A stretch of 64,000 bases of DNA from a virus (IMGVR_UViG_3300045049_000056:1-64000); one strand, 5' to 3'; shown: positions 8,004 through 17,343, counted from the first letter of the stretch. Numbers and translations: made by a program. Notes: generated from the letters alone by a model not told the origin.

Positions 8004-8221
8004 AAATATTCGTATGGCAACAAGTGAAAAATTGTACAGATAATTGGCATTCAGAAGGTGGTGTAGTTGTTGTGGCAGAAAATCTAGCCCGTGCTAAAGA
8101 GATCGCTGCACAAAAAGGTTGTATTATCGATGACGGCGAATGGCCCGATATGGTGTCTACGCTGTATGATTTTGAGTACGAAGAGAGGATTTTTATTATG
8201 CCGAATGCTGGCTGCTGCTGA
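8000..8221 (+). CDS. hypothetical protein (73 aa)
   Basis: GGAGGTGGA then ATG with ATGA overlap. Confidence 0.5.
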   Translation: MKIFVWQQVKNCTDNWHSEGGVVVVAENLARAKEIAAQKGCIIDDGEWPDMVSTLYDFEYEERIFIMPNAGCC

Positions 8222-8231
8222 GGAGAGTTAG

Positions 8232-9257
8232 ATGATCGAAGTATTTGGCAAAGGGTCTGTTGCACGCCTCTTGAAGGACAGTGAATCTCCTTCTGGGCAT
8301 CGCCTGACTACAATGGAAATTGAAGTGAGCCGTATTGTATGGTGCGAATTCCTCACACATGGAATGCTTGCACGTAACGCTCATAGTTCCCGTGCCATCC
8401 CGTTTGATAAGATGGTTGAGCAGCTTAAGGGAAAGCCTGTGCGCTTTGGGCAGGCTAATAAGGGCATGCAGGATAAGGGTGAAGAGTTTGATGCACCTGT
8501 TAAGGGACACAAATATGAACCTCGTTTTTACACTGACGACGGACAAGAATGGCACACCCCTCAACAAGCATGGGAACTCGCAAAACGAGATGCTATTAAA
8601 TGGTCGCGACGGTTCTACGAAGCTGGCTACCACAAACAAGTGTACAATCGTCTGACAGAGCCGTTCCAGATGATTAAAGCTGTTGTGTCGGCTACAGAGT
8701 GGGACAACTACTATTGGCTTCGTGATGATGTTGCTGCTGATCCTACGTTGCACGATCTGGCGTCTACTATGCGCAAGGCCCACGAGCAGAGTGTTCCGCA
8801 ACTGTTGCAGCCGGGCGAGTGGCATTTGCCTTATATTGAAGATTCCCGTGACAGTAACGGAAATATCATATACTGGATTGATGGCGAAAATGGCGATCCG
8901 CATGTTCTTACGCTTGAAGAAGCTATCAAAGTATCCTCTGCACGTACTGGCGCAGTAAGCTTCCGCAACACTGATTACAATCTTGAGCGCTCTCTTGGTG
9001 TGTACGAGCGTCTTGTTGGTGATGATCGTAAGCATGCTAGTGCTATGCAACATCAGGCAACTCCGATGCAAGAGTCAAAAGGAAAAATGTTTATCGACGA
9101 TGTGGACCAATGGGTGAATCATCCGTACAGCCCTCTTACGTGGGAACCCGGTATCAGTCATGCAGATCGTGATGGCAACTTGTGGAGTGCTCAGTTCTGC
9201 GGCTGGATCATGCACCGTAAGCTTATTTCGGGTGAGAATTACAAAGCTGCAAAATAG
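8232..9257 (+). CDS. hypothetical protein (341 aa), no family recognised
   Basis: Long ORF with a GAGGAG-like RBS. Confidence 0.6.
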   Translation: MIEVFGKGSVARLLKDSESPSGHRLTTMEIEVSRIVWCEFLTHGMLARNAHSSRAIPFDKMVEQLKGKPVRFGQANKGMQDKGEEFDAPVKGHKYEPRFYTDDGQEWHTPQQAWELAKRDAIKWSRRFYEAGYHKQVYNRLTEPFQMIKAVVSATEWDNYYWLRDDVAADPTLHDLASTMRKAHEQSVPQLLQPGEWHLPYIEDSRDSNGNIIYWIDGENGDPHVLTLEEAIKVSSARTGAVSFRNTDYNLERSLGVYERLVGDDRKHASAMQHQATPMQESKGKMFIDDVDQWVNHPYSPLTWEPGISHADRDGNLWSAQFCGWIMHRKLISGENYKAAK

Positions 9258-9260
9258 TTG

Positions 9261-9290
9261 TTGACAAGCTTGCTCAACCTCTGCCATACT
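9261..9290 (+). promoter_or_regulatory. promoter, class B-like (TTGACAAGCTTGCT-N-CATACT)
   Basis: TTGACA 9261-9266, 18-nt spacer, CATACT 9285-9290, upstream of gene 9344. Confidence 0.4.
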
Positions 9291-9343
9291 ACGCCTGCGC
9301 TGAACAACAGCGCTTCTACAAACAACACAAGAAAGGTAATACA

Positions 9344-9676
9344 ATGAAGAAAATTATCTCCGCACTGGTCATGTCCCTGATGGCTTCGGCAGCATTTGCA
9401 CAAGCTGGCTATCCTGTCTCCGCTACGGCTGTTGCTACGGATGACGTGTCGGCTCCGTCTGTGCAAGCTGACGACGTTTCGTCCCCGTACATTGCTGCGA
9501 GTGTGGGAACGCCCAATTGCTGCGCGGTGTCTGTTTCGGCAAATGCTTTGGCAGGTCGTGTCTCGATTCCGCAAAAGGAAGACGACTCGGACAGCTTTGC
9601 AATGGCTGGCTTGGGCTTCGGCCTGTTTGGTTTGGTGGGCGTGAGCAAGCTGGCTCGTCGGAAGAAACAGAAGTAA
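9344..9676 (+). CDS. secreted protein with GlyGly-CTERM-like C-terminal anchor (110 aa)
   Basis: Signal peptide MKKIISALVMSLMASAAFA|QA. Internal DDVSxPS repeats. C-terminus AMAGLGFGLFGLVGVSKLARRKKQK is a Gly-rich hydrophobic helix with a basic tail. Confidence 0.6.
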   Translation: MKKIISALVMSLMASAAFAQAGYPVSATAVATDDVSAPSVQADDVSSPYIAASVGTPNCCAVSVSANALAGRVSIPQKEDDSDSFAMAGLGFGLFGLVGVSKLARRKKQK

Positions 9677-9684
9677 TTTGTAGA

Positions 9685-9708
9685 GGGGCGCCGAAAGGCG
9701 CTCTTTCG
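9685..9708 (+). terminator. putative terminator hairpin (GCGCC-GAAA-GGCGC) + UCUUUCG
   Basis: Directly after the stop of gene 9344..9676. Confidence 0.4.
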
Positions 9709-9727
9709 ATTAACTAAGGAGAGAGAA

Positions 9728-10069
9728 ATGAAACGTAGCATTGCACGGAAATGGGCTGCTGCACTAGCCAGTGGGGAGTACAAGCAAGGATTTGGTCAGC
9801 TTCGTAAAGGTGACAAATTTTGTGCACTTGGTACACTCTGTAATTTGCATGCACAAGAGCATCCTGAGGTTGCGGCAAAAGAGAAAGTAAAATCGCGCTA
9901 TCTTGGAGAAGAAACCATGTTGCCAACCCAAGTGGTGGAATGGGCAGGCATGAACTCTTCGGACGGTAAAATCAACTGGCGAGCGAGCATCATTGATCTG
10001 AATGACGAAGATAAAATGTCGTTTCCAGAGATTGCGAAAGTCATTAGAAACTGCTGGAAAGAACTGTAA
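9728..10069 (+). CDS. hypothetical protein (113 aa)
   Basis: AAGGAGAGAGAA then ATG. Confidence 0.55.
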   Translation: MKRSIARKWAAALASGEYKQGFGQLRKGDKFCALGTLCNLHAQEHPEVAAKEKVKSRYLGEETMLPTQVVEWAGMNSSDGKINWRASIIDLNDEDKMSFPEIAKVIRNCWKEL

Positions 10070-10083
10070 TTTAAGGAGAAATT

Positions 10084-10965
10084 ATGAACTATCAAATCAA
10101 CCCGAAATACATTAAATACGGCGCTGTAGGCGTTCTGGCGCTTATCCTCGCATCTTGTGCAAATCCATTCCACTCTGTACCTACCGGCTCCCGTGGTGTT
10201 GTCACTTCCTTTGGCAAGATTTCCGGTATTGAAGATGAGGGTCTTGTTGTTCTGCCTCCGTGGAAGAAACTCACCATTTTCAACATCCGTGCTGAGAAAG
10301 CTGACATTGAGAACGCGGAAGGTAGCACGAGCGATCAACAACCTGTCAAGGTGAGCATGACTGTGCGTTACAGCGTCGCTACCAACAAAGTTAGCGAAGT
10401 GTACGAGAAATATTCTCACGATGGCGATCTGTCAAGCTACGTTCAGACGGCCACACAAGAAGTGTTCAAGGCTGTTACGGCTCAATACTCTGCACCTGAT
10501 CTGATTATGCAGCGTGCCAAGGTTAGTGGTGATATTCGTAATCTGCTGGCCAAAAAGCTTGACATGTACGGTGCACAGGTTATCTCGATTGATATGCGTA
10601 GTTTCTCGTTCAGTCCCTCGTACATGGCAGCCATCAATGAGAAAGTTACGCAAGAGCAGCTTCGCCAAGGCGCTGAGAACAAGCTGAAAACTGTTGAGGC
10701 TGAGCAGAAGCAGAAAGTGGCAATTGCTGAGGCTGAAGCTAGTGCACAGAAGGTTCGTGCTGATGGACAGGCATATGCCACTACCAAGGCTGCACAGGCT
10801 GAAGCTGATAGCATCCGTGTGAAGGCACAAGCTCTTGCACAAAACAAGGATATGCTAGAACTGCGTCGTATCGAAGTAGAGCAAACTCGTGCAAGCCGTT
10901 GGGACGGTAAGCTTCCTACGTCGGTGTACGGTAGCGCACCTGTTCCGTTTATGAATGTAAAATGA
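10084..10965 (+). CDS. SPFH/Band-7 (prohibitin/HflK-like) domain lipoprotein (293 aa)
   Basis: Lipobox LILASC. Beta-rich SPFH-like core followed by a long Ala/Glu/Gln-rich coiled coil (QEQLRQGAENKLKTVEAEQKQKVAIAEAEA...), typical of HflK/C or YqiK. Confidence 0.55.
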   Translation: MNYQINPKYIKYGAVGVLALILASCANPFHSVPTGSRGVVTSFGKISGIEDEGLVVLPPWKKLTIFNIRAEKADIENAEGSTSDQQPVKVSMTVRYSVATNKVSEVYEKYSHDGDLSSYVQTATQEVFKAVTAQYSAPDLIMQRAKVSGDIRNLLAKKLDMYGAQVISIDMRSFSFSPSYMAAINEKVTQEQLRQGAENKLKTVEAEQKQKVAIAEAEASAQKVRADGQAYATTKAAQAEADSIRVKAQALAQNKDMLELRRIEVEQTRASRWDGKLPTSVYGSAPVPFMNVK

Positions 10966-11150
10966 TCCATTGGCCCGTTCTCCCTTTCAAGCCTACGCAC
11001 AAGGTTATTGTTGAGAACAATGAGCACGAATACAAAGCAGGGACGATTGTGCAGCATTTGTATTCAAGTGGCTTGACAGAATATGCTTGGTACACTGACG
11101 AAGAGGGTTGGATGCAGATTATGGATTCTACTGAATTGGAGGTGTTATGA
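10962..11150 (+). CDS. hypothetical protein (62 aa)
   Basis: ATGA-coupled to the SPFH gene. Confidence 0.5.
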   Translation: MIHWPVLPFKPTHKVIVENNEHEYKAGTIVQHLYSSGLTEYAWYTDEEGWMQIMDSTELEVL

Positions 11151-11374
11151 CTAATTTTCTTTTTGCGTTTATGGCGCTTACTGTAGTGTGGGGTATCATC
11201 GGTATGATTCGTGTTGATATTGTGTACAACCATCTAAAGCGACGAATCAAAGAGGTGTACTCTTCCAAAAACTGGCACAAGTATGAAATTGACATTCCCG
11301 GCACTTACAACTTGGCGCTGTGGGACTACCGCAAGTGGACGTACAAGCAATTCTTTCCAGAGGACGTGAAATGA
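11147..11374 (+). CDS. small membrane protein (75 aa)
   Basis: N-terminal TM helix FLFAFMALTVVWGIIGMI. Confidence 0.5.
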   Translation: MTNFLFAFMALTVVWGIIGMIRVDIVYNHLKRRIKEVYSSKNWHKYEIDIPGTYNLALWDYRKWTYKQFFPEDVK

Positions 11375-11550
11375 TATTTTTCTTACTGTTTTGGTTGGTT
11401 TCGGCAGGCTTGACATTGCTTATAATTGCTAAGATTGAGAAATGTATTACTTTGTTTGACGTAGGGATGTCGCTTCTGTGTGGTCCAATTGCAACTATTC
11501 CTGCGTTCTTTCAGTTTGGCCACGAGATCAACCTTTGGACAAAGAAATGA
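11371..11550 (+). CDS. small membrane protein (59 aa)
   Basis: ATG at 11371 (MIFFLLFWLVSAGLTLLII...). The track ORF 11320.. is an upstream extension. Confidence 0.45.
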   Translation: MIFFLLFWLVSAGLTLLIIAKIEKCITLFDVGMSLLCGPIATIPAFFQFGHEINLWTKK

Positions 11551-11720
11551 AAACAATCTTGTTAGCAATCTTAGGAGCGCTGCTCGGCTTTCTTGCTGGA
11601 GCGTTCTACAGTGTCAGCTTTGATATTTCAACATGGACTGAAAGCACTAGGTTCATGACGTTGCTGTTTATGTTCGGTGCCGGGTGTTTTGGCGTTGTTG
11701 TAGGGGAGTCAGTAGCATGA
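11547..11720 (+). CDS. small membrane protein (57 aa)
   Basis: ATGA overlap. Two hydrophobic helices. Confidence 0.45.
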   Translation: MKTILLAILGALLGFLAGAFYSVSFDISTWTESTRFMTLLFMFGAGCFGVVVGESVA

Positions 11721-11858
11721 AACAAACATTCTACGACCTAATCACATATCTTGAGCAGAACGAAGACAGCTTTCACTTCGATGGACAATTCGATATGGAA
11801 TCATTGGCTTCCGAGATTCTTGCTTTTGCTAGCGAGTTTGAGAAGCAATTTAATTAAG
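11718..11858 (+). CDS. small acidic protein (46 aa)
   Basis: ATGA overlap. Below the track's size cutoff. Fills the gap before 11867. Confidence 0.35.
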
Positions 11859-11866
11859 GAGAAATA

Positions 11867-12472
11867 ATGCCAACAGGATACACAGCGGTTCTGAACGAAC
11901 GCGACACCACGTTTCAAGAGTTCGCTTTACGTTGTGCGCGCGCATTCGGCGCACTGGTTCATATGCGCGACGACAAATTAGATGCAGAACTTCGTGAAGA
12001 TGTTGTAAGCCCGTTTTACGAAGAACGTTTGAAAGAGGCTAAGAGTAATCTTGCGACGTTTAGTATGTTGTCTGTCGATGTCGCACAGAAATTAATGTAT
12101 GATGAAAAGCTTGTACAGCATAAGCGTGCTCTAGAACGAATCGCTGAACTGAATGTTGTGAAGGGTCGCTACGAGCAAATGCGTCAAGAAGTGGAAGATT
12201 GGGTTGTTCCTACGAGCGAGCACAAGGCGCTTAAGAGTTTTATGTTGGACCAACTTGATATGTGCAAGTCTGATTACGACATTTCTTATTACGAAGAAAG
12301 TGCGAATGCTCCTGCATACCCCACAGAAGGTGAAGCGTTCAAGTGGCTTAATGAGCAAATCAAGAAGCATTCTTCTGATGTTGCGTACTATGGGAAACAG
12401 TACTCAGAAGAGGTTGAGCGTGTTAGCAAGCGTAACGAGTGGGTTAAACAGCTTCAGGAATCTTTGCAATGA
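11867..12472 (+). CDS. hypothetical protein (201 aa)
   Basis: AAGGAGAAATA then ATG. Confidence 0.6.
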   Translation: MPTGYTAVLNERDTTFQEFALRCARAFGALVHMRDDKLDAELREDVVSPFYEERLKEAKSNLATFSMLSVDVAQKLMYDEKLVQHKRALERIAELNVVKGRYEQMRQEVEDWVVPTSEHKALKSFMLDQLDMCKSDYDISYYEESANAPAYPTEGEAFKWLNEQIKKHSSDVAYYGKQYSEEVERVSKRNEWVKQLQESLQ

Positions 12473-12678
12473 GCATCACGGACAAGATTGAGCAACAATG
12501 GCTTAGCTACGTAGGCGAAACAGGACGAATGCCAAAGTATCTATTCTTAGGCTTCATTGATATGACCGACCTTGATAAGAAGCTAGGTATGGTGACGTTT
12601 AGATACAAAGAGATGGATGTTGTAGGCGTGGAGCGTGAGCGGCATGTGAGTGTTGGTGACAAGTATGCGGAGGTGTGA
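12469..12678 (+). CDS. hypothetical protein (69 aa)
   Basis: ATGA overlap. Confidence 0.5.
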   Translation: MSITDKIEQQWLSYVGETGRMPKYLFLGFIDMTDLDKKLGMVTFRYKEMDVVGVERERHVSVGDKYAEV

Positions 12679-12854
12679 TGAATCTTATTGATTTGCACGT
12701 TGTAGAAGTGATTGGCGAGCCTTACGAAGCTTATGGCAAATACTGGGTGAAAGTGCTGGCCAATGGAGAGGGCCATATTGCTCCGGGCACTGTCATGTGC
12801 AATTCGCTGGAAGATGCTCAGAAGGTGAAGCCGGGATATGTTTTTCAGGGGTGA
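12678..12854 (+). CDS. small protein (58 aa)
   Basis: GGAGGTG then ATG, overlapping the upstream TGA. Fills the gap before the primase. Confidence 0.4.
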   Translation: MNLIDLHVVEVIGEPYEAYGKYWVKVLANGEGHIAPGTVMCNSLEDAQKVKPGYVFQG

Positions 12855-12857
12855 GGG

Positions 12858-14582
12858 ATGGCAGAATTCGTCATTGGGAAAAATGCGTGCCCTTTTACAG
12901 GGTGCGGTTCCAGCGATGGCTTCCATTGGTACGGCGAAGGGAATGGGGGCTATTGCTACAGTTGTAACAAGAGCATTCTTTCCGATGAGCGTAAGGCAGA
13001 ATTAGGATTGGATGCTGAAGATGATTATGAGGAGGAAGTTGTGACTAGGGAGAAAATCACTCCAGAGGAAAACGAGCGCATCAAGGCCCGCACTGGCACT
13101 GATGGCAAGGGATATCGTGGTATCACTAAGGAGATTAACACTTTCTTTGGTGTACGTTATGAGTATGACGAAGCTACCGGCGAGCCAATTAAGCAATACG
13201 TGCCGACTACGATTAATGGGGAACTGTGTGGTTATCGCACACGCAAGTTTCCTAAAGACTTTTCGCACCCGATTGGTCAAGTTGGTAAAGAGTGTGATAT
13301 GGTGTTTCAGTTCCGCTTTAAGACGCACACCAAGACTTGTATTATCAGCGGTGGCGAGACTAAGGCTCTTAACACTTACCGCATGTTGTACGAGCATCAG
13401 GTTGCCCGTGGTAAGACGGATTACGAGACAGTAGCGGTTGTGTGCTCCACGTTGGGAGAAAGCGGGGCGCACAAACAAGTGCAGGCGCAATACGCATTTT
13501 TTGAGCAGTTCGACCGGGTTCTGGTTTGCATGGACCAAGATGAAGCGGGCATCAAAGCAACTGAAGAGATAGTTAAGGTTCTTCCCAAGGGTAAAGCTTG
13601 GGTTCTTAAGATGCGTTATAAAGACGCTGATGAATATGTTGAAAAGGGTAAGCAACAAGAATTCATCAACGACTACTACGCGGCTAAGAAGTATGTTCCA
13701 CACGGTGTGACAGCAAGTACGGATATTAGTGAGAAGATGCGAGAGTTCTTGATGAAGCCTCGCCTATCTTTCCCGCCTTATCTCCACAAACTCCAAAAGA
13801 AGCTGCGGGGAGGTTTGCCGGTTTGCATTTTCAATATTCTTAGTGCTTCAGGTACAGGCAAAAGTACCCACGTCGATGCTATGACACTGCATTGGATCAT
13901 GAACGAGAATAAGCTTGTAGGCATCGTTCCCATGGAAACTTGCGAAGGCGAGTACGGTGTAAACCTCTTATCTTCGTATGCTGAAGTTAAGATGAATCTT
14001 TTCGAGACAGTAGATGAGCGCTTGGCATTTATTGACAGGGAAGATACGAAAGCCTTGGAACGCGAACTCTTCTACAAGGAAGACGGCAACCCACGTTTCT
14101 ACATTCTTGATGCGGAGGCTGAAACTTTAAAGGATCGCGTCGAGTACCTTATCGTCAGCCTTGAGTGTAAGATTATTATCATTGATCCTATTCAAGACGT
14201 GTTCGACATGCTAGGTGAAGATGAACAAGCTAAGTTCATGGGATGGATGAAAGGTTGGATGAAGAAGGGCATTACCTTTGTCAACGTTAACCATTCCCGT
14301 AAGTCGGGACAAGGGCAGAAAGCTAACAGTAAAGGTGCAGACCTGTCAGAAGAGGATATGATGGGCCACAGCAGTATCTTCAAGAGTGGTGGCGTAAATC
14401 TAATTCTTATGCGAAACAAAGAAGCGGAAGATGAGGTTGAGAAGAATACCACGTTTATGAAGCTTACGAAGGCACGAGGAGTAGGTGACACAGGTATTGT
14501 TGGAAAGTATTACTACGAGATGGAAAAGCACAAGATTCATGACCTTGATGACTGGCTTACCGCTAACCCTCAGCATTTCTAA
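12858..14582 (+). CDS. T7 gp4-like bifunctional primase-helicase
   Basis: N-terminal zinc-binding domain CPFTGCGSSDG...YCYSC. TOPRIM-like region ISGGETKALN...CMDQDEAGIKATEEIVKVLPKGKAWV. Walker A SASGTGKST. Confidence 0.9.
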   Translation: MAEFVIGKNACPFTGCGSSDGFHWYGEGNGGYCYSCNKSILSDERKAELGLDAEDDYEEEVVTREKITPEENERIKARTGTDGKGYRGITKEINTFFGVRYEYDEATGEPIKQYVPTTINGELCGYRTRKFPKDFSHPIGQVGKECDMVFQFRFKTHTKTCIISGGETKALNTYRMLYEHQVARGKTDYETVAVVCSTLGESGAHKQVQAQYAFFEQFDRVLVCMDQDEAGIKATEEIVKVLPKGKAWVLKMRYKDADEYVEKGKQQEFINDYYAAKKYVPHGVTASTDISEKMREFLMKPRLSFPPYLHKLQKKLRGGLPVCIFNILSASGTGKSTHVDAMTLHWIMNENKLVGIVPMETCEGEYGVNLLSSYAEVKMNLFETVDERLAFIDREDTKALERELFYKEDGNPRFYILDAEAETLKDRVEYLIVSLECKIIIIDPIQDVFDMLGEDEQAKFMGWMKGWMKKGITFVNVNHSRKSGQGQKANSKGADLSEEDMMGHSSIFKSGGVNLILMRNKEAEDEVEKNTTFMKLTKARGVGDTGIVGKYYYEMEKHKIHDLDDWLTANPQHF

Positions 14583-14585
14583 GAT

Positions 14586-14614
14586 TTGACAAGATTGTTA
14601 TTCTGATGTATAAT
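14586..14614 (+). promoter_or_regulatory. consensus promoter, class B (TTGACAAGATTGTTA-N-TATAAT)
   Basis: TTGACA 14586-14591, 17-nt spacer, TATAAT 14609-14614. Perfect sigma70 consensus. Confidence 0.65.
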
Positions 14615-14636
14615 TAAAGCTTTAAGGAATAGTAAT

Positions 14637-14828
14637 ATGAGTTTTGATTATCAGAATAGTACTCTTGAAGAGTTGGCAGAGTACATTGAAACCGCAACGC
14701 CTCAAGTTATTTCCACCATGATTCGCTACTACGCCAACAAGGGTAATGTGGATATGGAGAATAAGATTCGTACGGCCCGTAAGATTGTTGTAAAACGTCG
14801 AGCACTGGCCCGATTGGAGGATATGTAA
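14637..14828 (+). CDS. hypothetical protein (63 aa)
   Basis: AAGGAATAGTAAT then ATG. Confidence 0.5.
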   Translation: MSFDYQNSTLEELAEYIETATPQVISTMIRYYANKGNVDMENKIRTARKIVVKRRALARLEDM

Positions 14829-15445
14829 TGTCGGGTAAGAGTGCAGATAAATACGGGCAGGACTGGCATGCGAATTTCGTATATGACCCATCCAGCGCAA
14901 GCGGAATCGTTTGGAAGGTTGATAAATTTCGCGGCAACAGTAAATCGCCATACGTTTTTAGAAAAGCTGGAGAACAGGCCGGGAACTTATCAAAGACAGG
15001 GTACTGGACGGTTTCTTTGTATCACGGCAATGGAAGGTCATTACCGTATCAGGTGCACAGAATCATCTACGAAATGCATCATGGACCTATTACAGATAAC
15101 ACGTTAGTAATTGACCACATTGACGGGTGCAAAACTAATAACTGCATTGAAAATTTAAGGCTGGTGAAGCGTAGTGATAATACTCGTAACACAGTCAAGT
15201 ATTCTAACAACTCTACAGGTGTTGTCGGAGTGTATCTGGATGGTAAGAGTGACAAGAACGGCAATGTGTATTGGTACTATAAGGCGGCTTGCATGAATTT
15301 AGATGGTGGTCAGTCAACTAAAGCGTTCTCTATCAATAAATACGGCGAACAGGAAGCCTTCCGTCTAGCCTGCGAATACCGCGCCAAGATGATTGCAGAG
15401 CTAAACGAACAAGGTGCGGGCTACACTGAACGCCACGGCACCTAA
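14828..15445 (+). CDS. free-standing HNH (HNH_3) + AP2-domain homing endonuclease
   Basis: VIDHIDGCKTNNCIENLRLVKRSDNTRN is an HNH_3 signature. STGVVGVYLD...YWYYKA...FRLACEYRAKMIAEL is an AP2-like DNA-binding domain. Confidence 0.8.
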   Translation: MSGKSADKYGQDWHANFVYDPSSASGIVWKVDKFRGNSKSPYVFRKAGEQAGNLSKTGYWTVSLYHGNGRSLPYQVHRIIYEMHHGPITDNTLVIDHIDGCKTNNCIENLRLVKRSDNTRNTVKYSNNSTGVVGVYLDGKSDKNGNVYWYYKAACMNLDGGQSTKAFSINKYGEQEAFRLACEYRAKMIAELNEQGAGYTERHGT

Positions 15446-15453
15446 AATTCTAG

Positions 15454-15482
15454 TTGACGAGCGGCACAAACTTCTGTATTCT
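15454..15482 (+). promoter_or_regulatory. promoter (TTGACG-N17-TATTCT)
   Basis: Upstream of gene 15514 with AAGGAGGAAAT RBS. Confidence 0.45.
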
Positions 15483-15513
15483 TGTGCCTGTTGAACAATA
15501 TTAAGGAGGAAAT

Positions 15514-16062
15514 ATGACGTTCAAGAAGATTAAAATCAAAGTGACCGATCCGCAGCACAGCAAGGAAATTCAAGAAGAACTGTTCAAGCTTGGCTACGAG
15601 TGGTTCTCTGGTGAACGTAAGATTCGTCACGACGATGCGGAAGTTCTGTACGCAGACGAAGACGGTTGTATCACTTATAGTTATTTGGACCACTTCGACA
15701 AAGTTCCTGAAAACGAGGAGCACTTTCTGTCGCCTGCTGGCCTTGTCACGAAAGACTACTACAAACAACCCATCACCTCGTGGAACAACATGCAGGATGC
15801 CAAAGCAGGACTTCAGGAGAAGATTAGTATTCCTGCACGATATGAGAACCCTCAGACAGACGAGGACAATATCGTGAAGCAAACTTTCGACAAGATGATT
15901 GATAATGTTTCTACACCAATCGGCCTAGTGCCAAAGAGCATTCACGACAGCAACCGTCTTCGTGACATTGTAGAAGCTATGCAGCGGTTTTCTTCCGCTA
16001 ACAAGCGTATCCCTGTCGAGTGGATTAGCGAGCTTCAATATCTTAACAATCTCGTGGAGTAG
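15514..16062 (+). CDS. hypothetical protein (182 aa)
   Basis: Strong RBS. Confidence 0.6.
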   Translation: MTFKKIKIKVTDPQHSKEIQEELFKLGYEWFSGERKIRHDDAEVLYADEDGCITYSYLDHFDKVPENEEHFLSPAGLVTKDYYKQPITSWNNMQDAKAGLQEKISIPARYENPQTDEDNIVKQTFDKMIDNVSTPIGLVPKSIHDSNRLRDIVEAMQRFSSANKRIPVEWISELQYLNNLVE

Positions 16063-16064
16063 AA

Positions 16065-16466
16065 ATGAAATTCTTCTTCAAATCTAAAGATGGTGGCCCT
16101 GAGTCCAACGTGACAGGGTATTGGCTGTTTGAGTCGAAACGCTTTGGCAGTATTGTTCTGCTGCGATTTGATCGAGGTAGCCGTGAAGCGTTTCACAACC
16201 ATGCGTTCAATGCTGTGTCGTGGGTGTTGAAAGGTCGTCTCACAGAGGATGTTAAGTCTGGCATCACTGTTACAGAGTTTAACGATATCCGACCATCGCT
16301 CAAGCCAATCTACACTGCACGGAACAGGATGCACAAAGTGCACGGAATGGAGGATCGTACGTGGGTGTTATCGTTCCGTGGCCCTTGGAATAAAACGTGG
16401 AAGGAATGGCTCCCTGCGGAAGACAGGGAGCTTACATTGACGAATGGAAGGAAGATTGTAGAATGA
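16065..16466 (+). CDS. hypothetical protein, possible cupin-like fold (133 aa)
   Basis: G-x5-HNH and HKVHG motifs weakly cupin-like. Confidence 0.5.
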   Translation: MKFFFKSKDGGPESNVTGYWLFESKRFGSIVLLRFDRGSREAFHNHAFNAVSWVLKGRLTEDVKSGITVTEFNDIRPSLKPIYTARNRMHKVHGMEDRTWVLSFRGPWNKTWKEWLPAEDRELTLTNGRKIVE

Positions 16467-16924
16467 AACTTACTAAGAAAGCTTTGCTGGCAGCTACACC
16501 GGTATTCCACCATAACTTCGACAGCGCTGCGGATGTCTTCAAGGAGTTTGAAGTGGGCGGCCTCAAAAGGTATTATTGGGGCGACGATGAAGACACCGCA
16601 AAGGATGCTGAACCGAAAAGGATCGATAAGCTTTGCAAGAAATACAAGATTCTTTATGCCGATTATACTGGCGGATACGAGGGTGACGCTTACGTGCTAG
16701 GATATGACACCGAAGAGAAGAAATTCTTTGAGGTGCACGGAAGTCATTGTTCTTGTTATGGTCTTGAGGACCAATGGGATGCGGAGTATTGCACCATTGA
16801 CGAGTTGAAAGAAATTGTCGAGCGGCGCTTCGTCGAAAAAGAGGAACACACTTGGATGCGCAAATATGCACACTCTAGTACACGTTTTGAAAACTGGCTT
16901 AAAAATGTTACGGAGGGTAAATAA
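16463..16924 (+). CDS. hypothetical protein (153 aa)
   Basis: ATGA overlap. The track ORF 16397.. is an upstream extension. Confidence 0.55.
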   Translation: MKLTKKALLAATPVFHHNFDSAADVFKEFEVGGLKRYYWGDDEDTAKDAEPKRIDKLCKKYKILYADYTGGYEGDAYVLGYDTEEKKFFEVHGSHCSCYGLEDQWDAEYCTIDELKEIVERRFVEKEEHTWMRKYAHSSTRFENWLKNVTEGK

Positions 16925-17343
16925 TGCGAGCAGCACTAATTCAACGACAGATTAAACTGAACTGCGACACTCTGACAGGTTTGTACGAAGAGTATTCCAA
17001 GCTGCGGACCGAGCGTAAGAAGTTTAACGAAGCAGCAGATGGGTTTGCACAACGCGCTTTAAATTCATCTGACGATGAAGAAGTTACATCGCTGTGCGCT
17101 GGAGAAAATGCTTGTCGTGAGCAAGCAACCGTCTACACGCCGTACATCGTGAAGTTTAAAAAGAAGATTGCCGCGCTGGAGGAAGTGCAGAAAGCTCTGA
17201 AGCATGAGTTGAAGTGTGCTCAATGTTGTGAGGCATTCTCGCCTTACAGCGGTGCAGAAACGTTTCAACAAAGCGGTCTGGTAAATATTAATGATTTTAG
17301 TATCACGTACAACTACGATCACTTGTTTTTGGAGCAAGAATAA
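16924..17343 (+). CDS. hypothetical Cys-rich protein (139 aa)
   Basis: Contains CAGENAC...KCAQCC. Confidence 0.5.
   Translation: MRAALIQRQIKLNCDTLTGLYEEYSKLRTERKKFNEAADGFAQRALNSSDDEEVTSLCAGENACREQATVYTPYIVKFKKKIAALEEVQKALKHELKCAQCCEAFSPYSGAETFQQSGLVNINDFSITYNYDHLFLEQE

Noticed and set aside
8232-9257. ThyX (flavin-dependent thymidylate synthase) call for the 341-aa protein
   Set aside because: The RHR-x7-S signature is absent (ARNAHSSRA only loosely resembles it). Left as hypothetical.
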